A stretch of 64,000 nt of DNA, taken from assembly GCA_963777505.1 (NCBI GenBank), contig CAVZQN010000003.1, forward strand, positions 160,001 through 224,000, read 5' to 3'. The first letter of the stretch is position 1. Each line of letters starts with the position of its first letter. This document shows positions 27,243 to 36,988 of this stretch, in pieces. Both the position numbers and the translations under genes were made by a program. Below the pieces are notes generated by a model. That model made no database searches. It was not told the origin of the DNA and worked only from the letters and a program-made list of their open reading frames with translations. This DNA comes from an uncultured bacterium (GTDB lineage Bacteria; Acidobacteriota; HRBIN11; JAKEFK01).

Positions 27243-29651
27243 ATGGAATCTTTCTGGCGGGATTTACGTTATGGGTGGAGGATCCTAGCAAAGCGTCCGG
27301 GATTTACTGCAATCGCAGTTTTAACGCTTGCTCTTGGAATCGGCGCCAACACTGCAATTTTCAGCGTAGTTAATAGCGTTCTACTTCGACCACTACCGTT
27401 TAATGATCCTGATAGTGTTGTGCTTTTGCAGCACATGCGAAGAGGTCTTCCTTCAGCACTTTCGCCGCTTGACTATAGTGAACTAACGAGACAAGCCGGA
27501 GTGTTTCAACATGCGGCGGCTTTTACTACTCAAAGTTACAACCTGACTGGAAAAGGTGATCCTGAAAGAATCCGCGGCACTGCAGTTACCTGCGATTTTT
27601 TTAATGTGTTTGGGATGCGGAACGCAGGAGGACGGACTTTTGTTTCATCTGATTGTAATGAGAATTCAGAAAAGGGCGTCATTATTTCAGATGCATTATG
27701 GAAATCTCGATTTGCGAATGACTCAAAAATAATTGGTTCTAAAATTGTTCTTGATGGAGACCCATACATAATCATTGGAGTTGGTCCGAAGAACTTTGAT
27801 TTTCCACGAGATTCCCAAGTTTGGCGTCCACTTGTTTTTACGCCGCATGAGATGGATCAAAGCCAGCGTGGCGCACGATGGCTTCAAGCAATCGCTAGAC
27901 TGAAAACAACCCTGAATTTGAGTCAAGCAAATGCAAAGGTTCTTGCTGTTTCGAGCCGCATTTCCAAAGAGTTTCCGCGCACAAATCAAAACATAAGTTC
28001 CCGGGTGATTCCTCTTCATGAATTTATGGTTCGCAATGTTAAGAAAGCTCTTTTGATTGTGTGTGGAGCAGTTGGTTTTGTACTTTTAATTGCATGTGCA
28101 AATGTAGCAAACCTGTTGCTTGCGCAGAGCGCTTCCAGAACGGATGAAGTAGCGGTACGAAGTGCATTAGGCGCCGGAAGATTCCGGTTAATCCGCCAGT
28201 TTCTTGCGGAAAGCGGGATGCTTGCGTTGATCTCGTGTGCCGCAGGAATTGTCATCGGGTTATGGTTTATGGAACTTCTTCGTTCCAGTGGACCCGCAGA
28301 TCTACCTCGATTGCAGGAAGCACGTCTTGATCTGAATGTACTTGCGTTTACATTCATTTGTTCAGCAGCGACTGCCATTCTTGTTGGACTCGTACCTGCC
28401 TTTCATGCGTTGAGATCTTTGCCTGAACGATTGAAAGCTTCAGGCCGTTCCGTCGCTTCCACCGGCAATAAGACTCGCAAAATATTGATCGTTGGAGAAA
28501 TTGCATTGTCATTAATGCTACTTATTGGCGCAGGCTTGTTGATCCGCAGTTTTATGGAATTGAACAAAATCGATCCTGGATTCAAATCTGAAAACGTTTT
28601 CTCTTTCGCAGTTGCATTGCCTGCGGCAAAGTATCCTGAGGTGTCTAAGATTTCCGGATTCGTTTCTGAATTGGATAGACGTATTGCGGCAAAACCAGGC
28701 GTACAAAGTGTTGGCGCCATTTTCGGACTTCCATTAACGACAACTTTTCAAGCCGGAACAAGCTTTGAGCGGACCGGATCGGCCAATGAAGCTGAAGAAC
28801 CGGAAGCGCGATTAAGGATCTGTACACCAGATTATTTTCGAACGATCCACATTCCCTTAATTCGCGGACGCTTCTTTAAACAGGCTGATGATGCTGCAGC
28901 GCCTGAAGTCGTAATAATCAATGAAGCTACAGCGAAGAAGTATTGGCCTGGTGAGGATCCCGTCGGACGTCAACTTCGAATCCATGTAAACCTTGTGGGT
29001 GGTGAGACGCATCCGCGAACCATCGTTGGAATCGTCGGAAATGTTCGCAGTGATGCCTTGAACGCCGAACCGGAACCCGAATTATACATTCCGCATGCTC
29101 AACATTCCGTCGATATGATGTCATTTGTCGTACGAACCGCATATTCTTCCGATTCCATTTTTCCCGTTGTTCAAAAGGAAGTGCGTTCGATGGATCCAGA
29201 ATTACCAATCTGGGATACACGCAGCCTTGAAGAAATTGTTGGCATGTCAGTGGCTGAAAAGAAATTCACGATGTTGTTGATTTCCATTTTTGCTGCGCTC
29301 GCTTTATTACTTGGAGCCGTGGGAATCTATGGAGTCATTTCTTATGTAGTTGTATTAAGAACACGAGAAATTGGTTTGCGTATGGCAATCGGTGCGCAAA
29401 CAACTGATGTAACGCGCCTGTTTGTGAAAGAAGGCCTTGCTCTCGCGGTTGCCGGAATTACGGTTGGTATTATCGGAGCCCTGACATTAACTCGCGTTCT
29501 TTCAACTTTACTCTTTGGCATCAGTGCCAAAGATCCTGCAACGCTGCTAATTGTATCGGCTTTATTAGGAGCTGTCGCATTCTTTGCGTGCTATTTCCCC
29601 GCGCGCAAGGCTTCCCGTATCGATCCAGTGCACGCTCTCCGATACGAATGA
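27243..29651 (+). CDS. ADOP-type duplicated ABC permease 1
   Basis: 802 aa; DLRYG..PGFT..LALGIGANTAIFS, CANVANLLL, ALRYE. Confidence 0.93.
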   Translation: MESFWRDLRYGWRILAKRPGFTAIAVLTLALGIGANTAIFSVVNSVLLRPLPFNDPDSVVLLQHMRRGLPSALSPLDYSELTRQAGVFQHAAAFTTQSYNLTGKGDPERIRGTAVTCDFFNVFGMRNAGGRTFVSSDCNENSEKGVIISDALWKSRFANDSKIIGSKIVLDGDPYIIIGVGPKNFDFPRDSQVWRPLVFTPHEMDQSQRGARWLQAIARLKTTLNLSQANAKVLAVSSRISKEFPRTNQNISSRVIPLHEFMVRNVKKALLIVCGAVGFVLLIACANVANLLLAQSASRTDEVAVRSALGAGRFRLIRQFLAESGMLALISCAAGIVIGLWFMELLRSSGPADLPRLQEARLDLNVLAFTFICSAATAILVGLVPAFHALRSLPERLKASGRSVASTGNKTRKILIVGEIALSLMLLIGAGLLIRSFMELNKIDPGFKSENVFSFAVALPAAKYPEVSKISGFVSELDRRIAAKPGVQSVGAIFGLPLTTTFQAGTSFERTGSANEAEEPEARLRICTPDYFRTIHIPLIRGRFFKQADDAAAPEVVIINEATAKKYWPGEDPVGRQLRIHVNLVGGETHPRTIVGIVGNVRSDALNAEPEPELYIPHAQHSVDMMSFVVRTAYSSDSIFPVVQKEVRSMDPELPIWDTRSLEEIVGMSVAEKKFTMLLISIFAALALLLGAVGIYGVISYVVVLRTREIGLRMAIGAQTTDVTRLFVKEGLALAVAGITVGIIGALTLTRVLSTLLFGISAKDPATLLIVSALLGAVAFFACYFPARKASRIDPVHALRYE

Positions 29652-29654
29652 AAT

Positions 29655-29674
29655 GTAGCGCCGGCGTCGCCGGC
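29655..29674 (+). repeat. GTAG-type REP-like hairpin
   Basis: GTAGCGCCGGCGTCGCCGGC. Confidence 0.6.
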
Positions 29675-29694
29675 AGAAATTGAGGAATATCGCT

Positions 29695-32115
29695 ATGACA
29701 GGAATTCTGAAAGATTTCAAATATGGATTTCGATCTTTTCTAAAAAAACCTGGCTTCACACTGCTTGCGCTTTTTGCACTAGCAATCGGTATTGGAGTGA
29801 ATACCGCGATTTTCACAGTTGTTAATTCCATCCTGATTCAACCTCTTCGCTATCAAGATCCTGAAAGAATTCTGATTCTTTGGGAAAAATCTCCAGTAAT
29901 GGAAACTTCGGTCGCGTATCCAAATTTTCTTGATTGGCGTTCCGACAACAAGGTTTTTGAGTCAATGGCTGCCTTCAGGCGCGATAGTTTTAACTTAACA
30001 GGCCGCGGTGAACCTGAACGGTTGCAAGGAAGAATGGTCTCAGCGGATTTCTTCAAAATTCTTGGTGTGCCTTTTCAGATGGGCCGTAATTTTCATGCTG
30101 AAGAAGATCAACCCGGTGCAACTCCAGTTGTGATTTTGAGCTATCCACTTTGGAGAAACCATTTTGGAAGTGATATAGCGATCTTAGGAAAACAAGTTTT
30201 ATTAAATGATAAAAGCTATACGGTTATCGGGGTCTCTTCCGAGAAGTTTGAATTTGGTTCGGGAGCCGATTTGTTTGTTCCAATCGGGCAATTCTTCAAT
30301 GAACGTTGGGGACGGGGCAATCATCCTGGGATTTATGTCATTGGAAGGATGAAACCTGAAACGACGATAGCTCAGGTGAAAGCAAATCTGGATGCGATCG
30401 GGAAAAGACTAGCGAAACAATACCCTGAATCAAATGCTGAAAGAACAATCATCTTTCGAGGGTTGCGTGAAGATGTCATTAATGACATTCGTCCATCATT
30501 ACTGATTATCATGGGCGCTGTATCTCTTGTTTTGTTCATCGCTTGTGCAAACGTAGCAAATATGATGCTCGCGCGCGCAGTAGAACGGAAACGGGAGATG
30601 GCAATTCAAGCAGCACTAGGGGCAAGCCGCTTGCGTTTGATTCAGCAGGTGATGGTTGAAGGTTTTATATTGTCGATTGCTGCATCAGTGATCGGTGTTT
30701 TGATTGCATACTGGGGCATCGATATTCTCCTTGCACTCCGCCCTGATTCTCTTCCGAGACTGGATGAAATCCGGCTGAGTACTACTGTCCTTTTTTATAC
30801 TCTGTCACTTTCTGTTTTTACCAGCTTGTTGTTTGGATCCATTCCTGCATGGAAAGCTTCGGCTCCTGATTTAAACCATTCCCTGAAGGAATCAGGTCAT
30901 CACACAGGTACTCTTGCAAACAAAAGAGCCCGCCAGTTTTTGATTGTCTCTGAATTCGCGCTCGCTGTTGTGCTTGTAATAGGAGCTTGTTTATTGGTAA
31001 AGAGTTTTCTCTCCACTCAGTCAGCCGCTCCAGGTTTTAATCCTGAAAATGTTTTGACTCTTCAGCTCTCTTTATCGAATGAGAAATATCAAGATATGAA
31101 GATTGCGAACTTTTTTCAGGAGTTGAAGCAAAAATTATACGAACTTCCAGGTGTGGAATCAGTTTCTTTTTCAAATGGGCTTCCGATTTATGGTGCATCA
31201 GAGTCAATCATTCTGGTTGATGGCAGACCTAAGCCTCCATCCGGGATGGAACCTCAAGCAGTTTTATATCTAACAAGCCGTGATTATTTGAAAACAATGG
31301 GTTTGAATTTAATCAGCGGCAGATTTTTTAATGAGCAGGAGCAAGTCAATAGTCCCCCGGTAACGGTGATTGATGAAACTCTAGCGAAGGAACATTTTAA
31401 GGGGGAAGATCCGATTGGGAAGCGTCTTGTTTTAACAGACGAGCTTCCTCCATTTGAAATTATCGGAGTCGTGGGTCACGTTAAGCACTATGGGTTAGAT
31501 GTAGCCGGTCCGGTTCAATCTCAATACTATCTTTGCTTTGAACAAATTCCCGGTAAATTTTTGGTTCAAATTTCCAGCCGTATGACTGTTCTGGTCAAAA
31601 CAAAATCAGATCCGCAAAATCTGATTTCAGCCGTGCGCGGCGCGGTCATGAAGGTTGATCGAAATCAACCTGTTTATCTTATTCAAACAATGGAAGAGAT
31701 GCTTTCTACTTCACTTGAGCCACGCCGGTTCTCAATGCTGCTGCTTACGATCTTCGCGATCATTGCTTTGATGCTTGCGCTTATTGGTGTTTATGGAGTG
31801 ATGTCTTATCTGGTTGCACAGAGAACGAGAGAAATCGGAATTCGTGTAGCGTTCGGGGCTTCAAGAAATAATGTGCTTTCTACTGTTTTAAAACAGGGGA
31901 TGCTTCCTGTAGTACTCGGTTTGATTTTGGGCTTAGCCGGATCAGCAGCATTGTCCCGAATGCTTGCCGGGTTGCTCTATGGTGTGAGTCCGCGTGATCC
32001 TGCAATATATTTTGCAATTCCAATTTTCATGATCATTGTTGCTTTGCTTGCGAATTACATACCCGCAAGGCGCGCACTAAATGTCGATCCTGTAACCGCA
32101 CTGAGATATGAATAA
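29695..32115 (+). CDS. ADOP-type duplicated ABC permease 2
   Basis: Same motif set as permease 1; ATG 29695 with GAGG RBS. Confidence 0.93.
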   Translation: MTGILKDFKYGFRSFLKKPGFTLLALFALAIGIGVNTAIFTVVNSILIQPLRYQDPERILILWEKSPVMETSVAYPNFLDWRSDNKVFESMAAFRRDSFNLTGRGEPERLQGRMVSADFFKILGVPFQMGRNFHAEEDQPGATPVVILSYPLWRNHFGSDIAILGKQVLLNDKSYTVIGVSSEKFEFGSGADLFVPIGQFFNERWGRGNHPGIYVIGRMKPETTIAQVKANLDAIGKRLAKQYPESNAERTIIFRGLREDVINDIRPSLLIIMGAVSLVLFIACANVANMMLARAVERKREMAIQAALGASRLRLIQQVMVEGFILSIAASVIGVLIAYWGIDILLALRPDSLPRLDEIRLSTTVLFYTLSLSVFTSLLFGSIPAWKASAPDLNHSLKESGHHTGTLANKRARQFLIVSEFALAVVLVIGACLLVKSFLSTQSAAPGFNPENVLTLQLSLSNEKYQDMKIANFFQELKQKLYELPGVESVSFSNGLPIYGASESIILVDGRPKPPSGMEPQAVLYLTSRDYLKTMGLNLISGRFFNEQEQVNSPPVTVIDETLAKEHFKGEDPIGKRLVLTDELPPFEIIGVVGHVKHYGLDVAGPVQSQYYLCFEQIPGKFLVQISSRMTVLVKTKSDPQNLISAVRGAVMKVDRNQPVYLIQTMEEMLSTSLEPRRFSMLLLTIFAIIALMLALIGVYGVMSYLVAQRTREIGIRVAFGASRNNVLSTVLKQGMLPVVLGLILGLAGSAALSRMLAGLLYGVSPRDPAIYFAIPIFMIIVALLANYIPARRALNVDPVTALRYE

Positions 32116-32158
32116 GGTGAGAGAAACAAGCACGGACGTCCGAAGCTAAAGCAGAATT

Positions 32159-34570
32159 ATGGAAAATCTAAAGACCGATCTGAAGTATGCGATTCGCGTT
32201 TTGAGAAAAAACAAAGGAATGGCTGCTGCAGTCATTCTGATCATGGCTGTTGGAATTGGAATCAATACTACTATCTTCAGTTTAGTCAATGCGATTTTGT
32301 TGCACCCTCTTCCGTATTCCAATCCCGAATCCATCATGTCTGTGACAACTTCATTTCCGCAAAATGAGCAAAGCGGATTTTCACCTGCTGATTTTCTCGA
32401 TTTACGCGAACAAAACAAATCATTTCAAGCGATGAGTGCCTTTGGAATCTGGAGCTATGACGTTAAAGGCGCTCATGAACCTGAATCTCTTGCTGCGTGC
32501 CGCTCGACGTATGGTTTTTTTGAAGTGCTGGATGTTAAACCTTTTATGGGGCGGACTTTTCTTCGTCAAGAAGAATTATTAGGAAAACATGAAGTAGTAA
32601 TCCTAACGCATTCATTTTGGAAGCGTTGGTTTGGAGGGGATCCGTCGATCATCGGCAAATCGATTCCCCTGAACGGAATTCCTTACGAAGTGGTTGGGGT
32701 TATGCCAGAGAAATTTGCTGAACCCTCTTTTGTGGAGATATGGACTCCTCTCGTTTTTACTCCTGAGCAAAAACAGCAGCGCGGTGCATCGTATCTATCA
32801 GTAATTGCAAAACTGAAACCGGGCGTTACAAAAGTTCAAGCTCAAGCTGATTTTAATAGCATTGGAGCTTCTCTGGCCAAACAATATCCTGAATATAATG
32901 CCAATCTAAAAATTAGAGTCATTCCAACTGCGGAAGAACTGACCGGTCCTATCAAACCTACACTTTTGATTTTTTGGGGCGCTGTAATTTTTGTTCTACT
33001 CGTAGCATGTGCCAATCTCGCAAACCTGATGTTAGCTTCAACAGTCTCACGTGAGCGAGAGTTTGCTGTGCGAATTGCGCTGGGAGCATCCCCTGCTCGC
33101 CTTCGACACCAATTGTTGACTGAGACAATTTTAATGGCACTGATCGGAGGATTTCTCGGAATTCTATTTTCACTTTGGGCAATTCCTGCACTTGTAGCTC
33201 TGAGCCCTGAAGACACACCGCGAATCAATCAAGTAACAATGAATGGCACTGTGCTTGTGTTTTCTATTCTTTTATCCGCACTAACCGGAATCATTTTTGG
33301 AATGGCACCTGCTTATAGTGTTTCTAAACACAAGCTCGCGCGCTTCCTTAAAGAAGGAACTTTCGGCAGCGGCACTGGCAGGAATCAAATCCGGTTCCGC
33401 AATTTACTGGTCTCTCTTCAAATAGCAGTCGTACTCGTGTTACTCGTTGGAGCTGGTTTATTAATTCGCAGTTTCGAACAATTGCGTGCGGTAAATCCTG
33501 GTTTTGTTCCAGAGAAACTTTTGAATCTTCAAGTGTTTCTTCCTCAAGCCCGATATCAAGAGCCTGATGCACGGAGGGCCTTTAGTTCATTAATATTGGA
33601 AAAGATTCGTACTCTTCCTGAAATAAAATCCGCTGCAATCGCAAGTCCAGCGCCTTTTGATACTATTCCGCATTTAATTGATACAGGATTTCGCGTGGAC
33701 GGATTACCTCCATTTCGCATCGGTGAAGAACCTTTGGCTTCATACACACGTGTGACTGAAGACTTCTTTAGAGCAATGCAAATTCCAATCCGAAAGGGAC
33801 GTTCCTTCATATCAAGCGATCATCAAAAGGCACCACCAGTTGCTATTGTGAACGAAGCGCTTGAAAAAAGATTTTGGCCGGAAAAAGGAGCGATTGGGCA
33901 GCGCATTATTGTTGGAGTAAGAAAACCGGTTACGGTCGAAATTGTTGGTGTTGTCAGTTCGATTAAGCAGCTCAGCTTAAGTTCCGAAGATCGTTTTCAA
34001 ATCTATGTTCCTTTCAGTCAAAATCCTTCGGGAGCGATTTCAATCATTGTTAGAACTCAAGGAGAGCCAGAAAACATAATCTCATCGCTGAAAGGTCAGC
34101 TATGGGCTGTTGATCCTTCATTGCCTGCGAAATACCTAGCAACTGCTGAGGATCTCGTTTCTCGATCTTTACATCGGCCCCGTTCCAACACTGTTCTGCT
34201 TTCATTGTTTGCAGGAATGGCATTCATTTTAGCAATGATCGGATTATATGGTGTCATTGCTTATTCTGTTTCTCAACGTACGCGCGAGATCGGAGTAAGA
34301 ATCTCACTCGGAGCACAACGTAACGAAATTGTAAAAATGATTTTGAGTCAGGGTATGCGTTTAATCTTAATTGGTATTTCAGTTGGAACTGCCGGCGCTC
34401 TAGCTCTGACACATTTAATTTCAAGCTTGTTGTATAACGTAAGCACTCAGGATCCACTGATTTTTTCTCTAGGCGCTTTGCTAATGATCGCAATATCGCT
34501 GATCGCTTGTTACATTCCTGCACGCCGCGCCATGAAAGTGGATCCAATGATCGCCCTCCGTTATGAGTAA
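32159..34570 (+). CDS. ADOP-type duplicated ABC permease 3
   Basis: 803 aa, same motif set, DPMIALRYE. Confidence 0.93.
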   Translation: MENLKTDLKYAIRVLRKNKGMAAAVILIMAVGIGINTTIFSLVNAILLHPLPYSNPESIMSVTTSFPQNEQSGFSPADFLDLREQNKSFQAMSAFGIWSYDVKGAHEPESLAACRSTYGFFEVLDVKPFMGRTFLRQEELLGKHEVVILTHSFWKRWFGGDPSIIGKSIPLNGIPYEVVGVMPEKFAEPSFVEIWTPLVFTPEQKQQRGASYLSVIAKLKPGVTKVQAQADFNSIGASLAKQYPEYNANLKIRVIPTAEELTGPIKPTLLIFWGAVIFVLLVACANLANLMLASTVSREREFAVRIALGASPARLRHQLLTETILMALIGGFLGILFSLWAIPALVALSPEDTPRINQVTMNGTVLVFSILLSALTGIIFGMAPAYSVSKHKLARFLKEGTFGSGTGRNQIRFRNLLVSLQIAVVLVLLVGAGLLIRSFEQLRAVNPGFVPEKLLNLQVFLPQARYQEPDARRAFSSLILEKIRTLPEIKSAAIASPAPFDTIPHLIDTGFRVDGLPPFRIGEEPLASYTRVTEDFFRAMQIPIRKGRSFISSDHQKAPPVAIVNEALEKRFWPEKGAIGQRIIVGVRKPVTVEIVGVVSSIKQLSLSSEDRFQIYVPFSQNPSGAISIIVRTQGEPENIISSLKGQLWAVDPSLPAKYLATAEDLVSRSLHRPRSNTVLLSLFAGMAFILAMIGLYGVIAYSVSQRTREIGVRISLGAQRNEIVKMILSQGMRLILIGISVGTAGALALTHLISSLLYNVSTQDPLIFSLGALLMIAISLIACYIPARRAMKVDPMIALRYE

Positions 34571-34591
34571 TCAAGAGGTAGAGGAAGAAAA

Positions 34592-36988
34592 ATGAAATTC
34601 TTAAGACAAGATCTTAGTTATGCATTTCGAATGCTTGGAAGAACTCCAGGATTCTCCATCATTGCGATTTTGACGCTAGCGCTTGGGATTGGTGCAAACA
34701 CAGCAATTTTTAGTGTGATTAATGAATTGATGTTGCGTCCGCTTCCTTACAATCAACCTGAAAAGCTTTTCCGGATCAACAGAACAGGAACTTCGTACGT
34801 TGATCTACAGGACATTGGTGAAAGGAGCAAATCTTACGATCAGCTCGGAGGCTACAGGGAACAATCATTTGATTTAACGTCTGGTCCGGAGCCGGAAAGA
34901 TTTCAAGGCGCACTTGTTACTGGATCTTTGTTTAGTTTGTTTGGAGCAAAACCTGCTCAAGGCCGTTTGATAAATCTTTCGGACGATAAGAAGGGAGCTG
35001 CACGCATCGTTGTTATCAGTCATGAATTTTGGAAAACACGATTAGGCTCACGTCCCGATGCATTAGAGAGCGTGATTCCATTTGGCGGAATTTCCTATGA
35101 AGTTGTGGGTATCCTGGAGCCTGATTTCAAACTTCCGAAATTAGAGGCGCAGATATTTGCTCCGATGAGAGTTGAGTCGCCTGAGGAAGCAGCAGCTCGT
35201 GGTGCGCATTCTTTAGTCGGTCTTATGAGATTAAAATCTGGAGTTTCTCCAGCGAAAGCTCAAACAGAATTTAATTCAATCGCAAAAGAGCTTCAGCGGC
35301 TGGATCCTGAGGAAAATACTGGGCTTGAACTGACATTGATTCCCCTTCAAGCTCATTTGGTAAGAAATGTTCGTCCCGCTTTGTTTTTACTTCTTGGAGC
35401 AGTCGGACTTGTATTGCTGATCGCAGGAGCAAATGTAGGTGGATTGCTTCTGGCACGTTCAGCAGCAAGGAATCGAGAATTTGCGGTTCGAGCCGCTCTG
35501 GGAGCTGGACGAAAAAGAATTATCCGTCAGTTGCTTGTTGAGTATCTAGTTCTTGCACTTGCTGGTGGAATTGTTGGAATTTTCTTATCAATCTGGATCG
35601 CGGATGTAATCCTTCGTTTAAGCCCCGAAACATTTCTGAAAGTAGAACATATCCACATCGATCGAAGCGTATTTCTTTTTACCGCTGCAGTTTCAATTTT
35701 GACCGGCCTGATTTTTGGAATGGTTCCCGCATTACAAGCTTCAAAAGCTGATCCGTTTACGGCTTTGAAAGAAAATCGAATTGCAGGAAGAAAAGGCGCT
35801 CACGCTTTCCGAAATGCATTGGTCGTTATCGAACTCATGCTGGCGATCGTTCTGCTGATTGGAAGCGGGCTTTTGCTTCGTAGCTTTTACAACCTGACGG
35901 CTGTCGAAGTTGGATTTGATTCAAATCATCTCATCACTTTCAATTTAACTCCGGATATGAAGTCGTATGGCGATGTTGAAAAACGAACCATGCTTTTTGA
36001 TCAATTCATTACTCGCGTTCGTGCGATACCAGGAGTGGAATCTGCCGCGCTTACAAGTGAATTGCCTTTTGGTCCTGGCGGAGTCTTCCATAATTTTGTT
36101 ATTGAAGGCCGTCCGGCTGAAGCGGTCGGGACGGAACCGGAAATTTACAATCGTTCGATAACTCCAGAATATTTTCGGACATTAGAAGTTCCAATTAAAG
36201 CAGGTCGTGATTTCAGCGCTCAGGATCATTTAAAAGGATTGCCTGTAGTCATCATCAATGAAAAGATGGCACGCACATATTTTCAAAATGAAAATCCAAT
36301 TGGCAAACGCGTTAAATGGGCACGTGACGATGAAGCTCAGTGGTTAAACATCATCGGAATTGTTGGGGATGTGCATGCTTCGTCATTAGATGAAGGTGAA
36401 GTTCCAGCGCTTTATACACCATTCACTCAAGAAACTCGCTTTTGGAAAACCTGGATGAATGTTGTTGTTCGCTCACAGCTTCAACCTGCATCAATCGCTG
36501 CGACAGTTCGCAAAGAGCTTGCATCTCTGGATCGAACCATTCCTCTGACGGATTTGAAAACAATGGATGATTGGATTTCCCTTTCGATTGCAGATCGCAG
36601 ATTCAATCTGATTTTAATCAGCTCTTTTGCAGGGCTAGCATTATTGCTTTCTTCACTTGGTTTATATGGACTCATTTCCTTCACTGTAAGTGAACGAACA
36701 AGTGAACTTGGAGTGAGGATGGCACTGGGTGCGCAGAAACGGGATATCGTTACGTTAATTGCAGGACAATCAATACGACTCGCAATTTTTGGAGTTGTGC
36801 TCGGTTTAATTCTTTCTTTTGGTGCGACTCGATTAATTCAAAGAATGCTATATGGTGTTGAAACGGCTGATCCAGTTACATTGATTGCAGTTTGTGTTTT
36901 ATTGACAGCCACAGCAATTGCAGCAAGTGTCGGTCCGGCTTTGAGAGCAATCAAGCTCGACCCTTCCACAACTTTGAGGTATGAATAA
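34592..36988 (+). CDS. ADOP-type duplicated ABC permease 4
   Basis: 798 aa, same motif set. Confidence 0.93.
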   Translation: MKFLRQDLSYAFRMLGRTPGFSIIAILTLALGIGANTAIFSVINELMLRPLPYNQPEKLFRINRTGTSYVDLQDIGERSKSYDQLGGYREQSFDLTSGPEPERFQGALVTGSLFSLFGAKPAQGRLINLSDDKKGAARIVVISHEFWKTRLGSRPDALESVIPFGGISYEVVGILEPDFKLPKLEAQIFAPMRVESPEEAAARGAHSLVGLMRLKSGVSPAKAQTEFNSIAKELQRLDPEENTGLELTLIPLQAHLVRNVRPALFLLLGAVGLVLLIAGANVGGLLLARSAARNREFAVRAALGAGRKRIIRQLLVEYLVLALAGGIVGIFLSIWIADVILRLSPETFLKVEHIHIDRSVFLFTAAVSILTGLIFGMVPALQASKADPFTALKENRIAGRKGAHAFRNALVVIELMLAIVLLIGSGLLLRSFYNLTAVEVGFDSNHLITFNLTPDMKSYGDVEKRTMLFDQFITRVRAIPGVESAALTSELPFGPGGVFHNFVIEGRPAEAVGTEPEIYNRSITPEYFRTLEVPIKAGRDFSAQDHLKGLPVVIINEKMARTYFQNENPIGKRVKWARDDEAQWLNIIGIVGDVHASSLDEGEVPALYTPFTQETRFWKTWMNVVVRSQLQPASIAATVRKELASLDRTIPLTDLKTMDDWISLSIADRRFNLILISSFAGLALLLSSLGLYGLISFTVSERTSELGVRMALGAQKRDIVTLIAGQSIRLAIFGVVLGLILSFGATRLIQRMLYGVETADPVTLIAVCVLLTATAIAASVGPALRAIKLDPSTTLRYE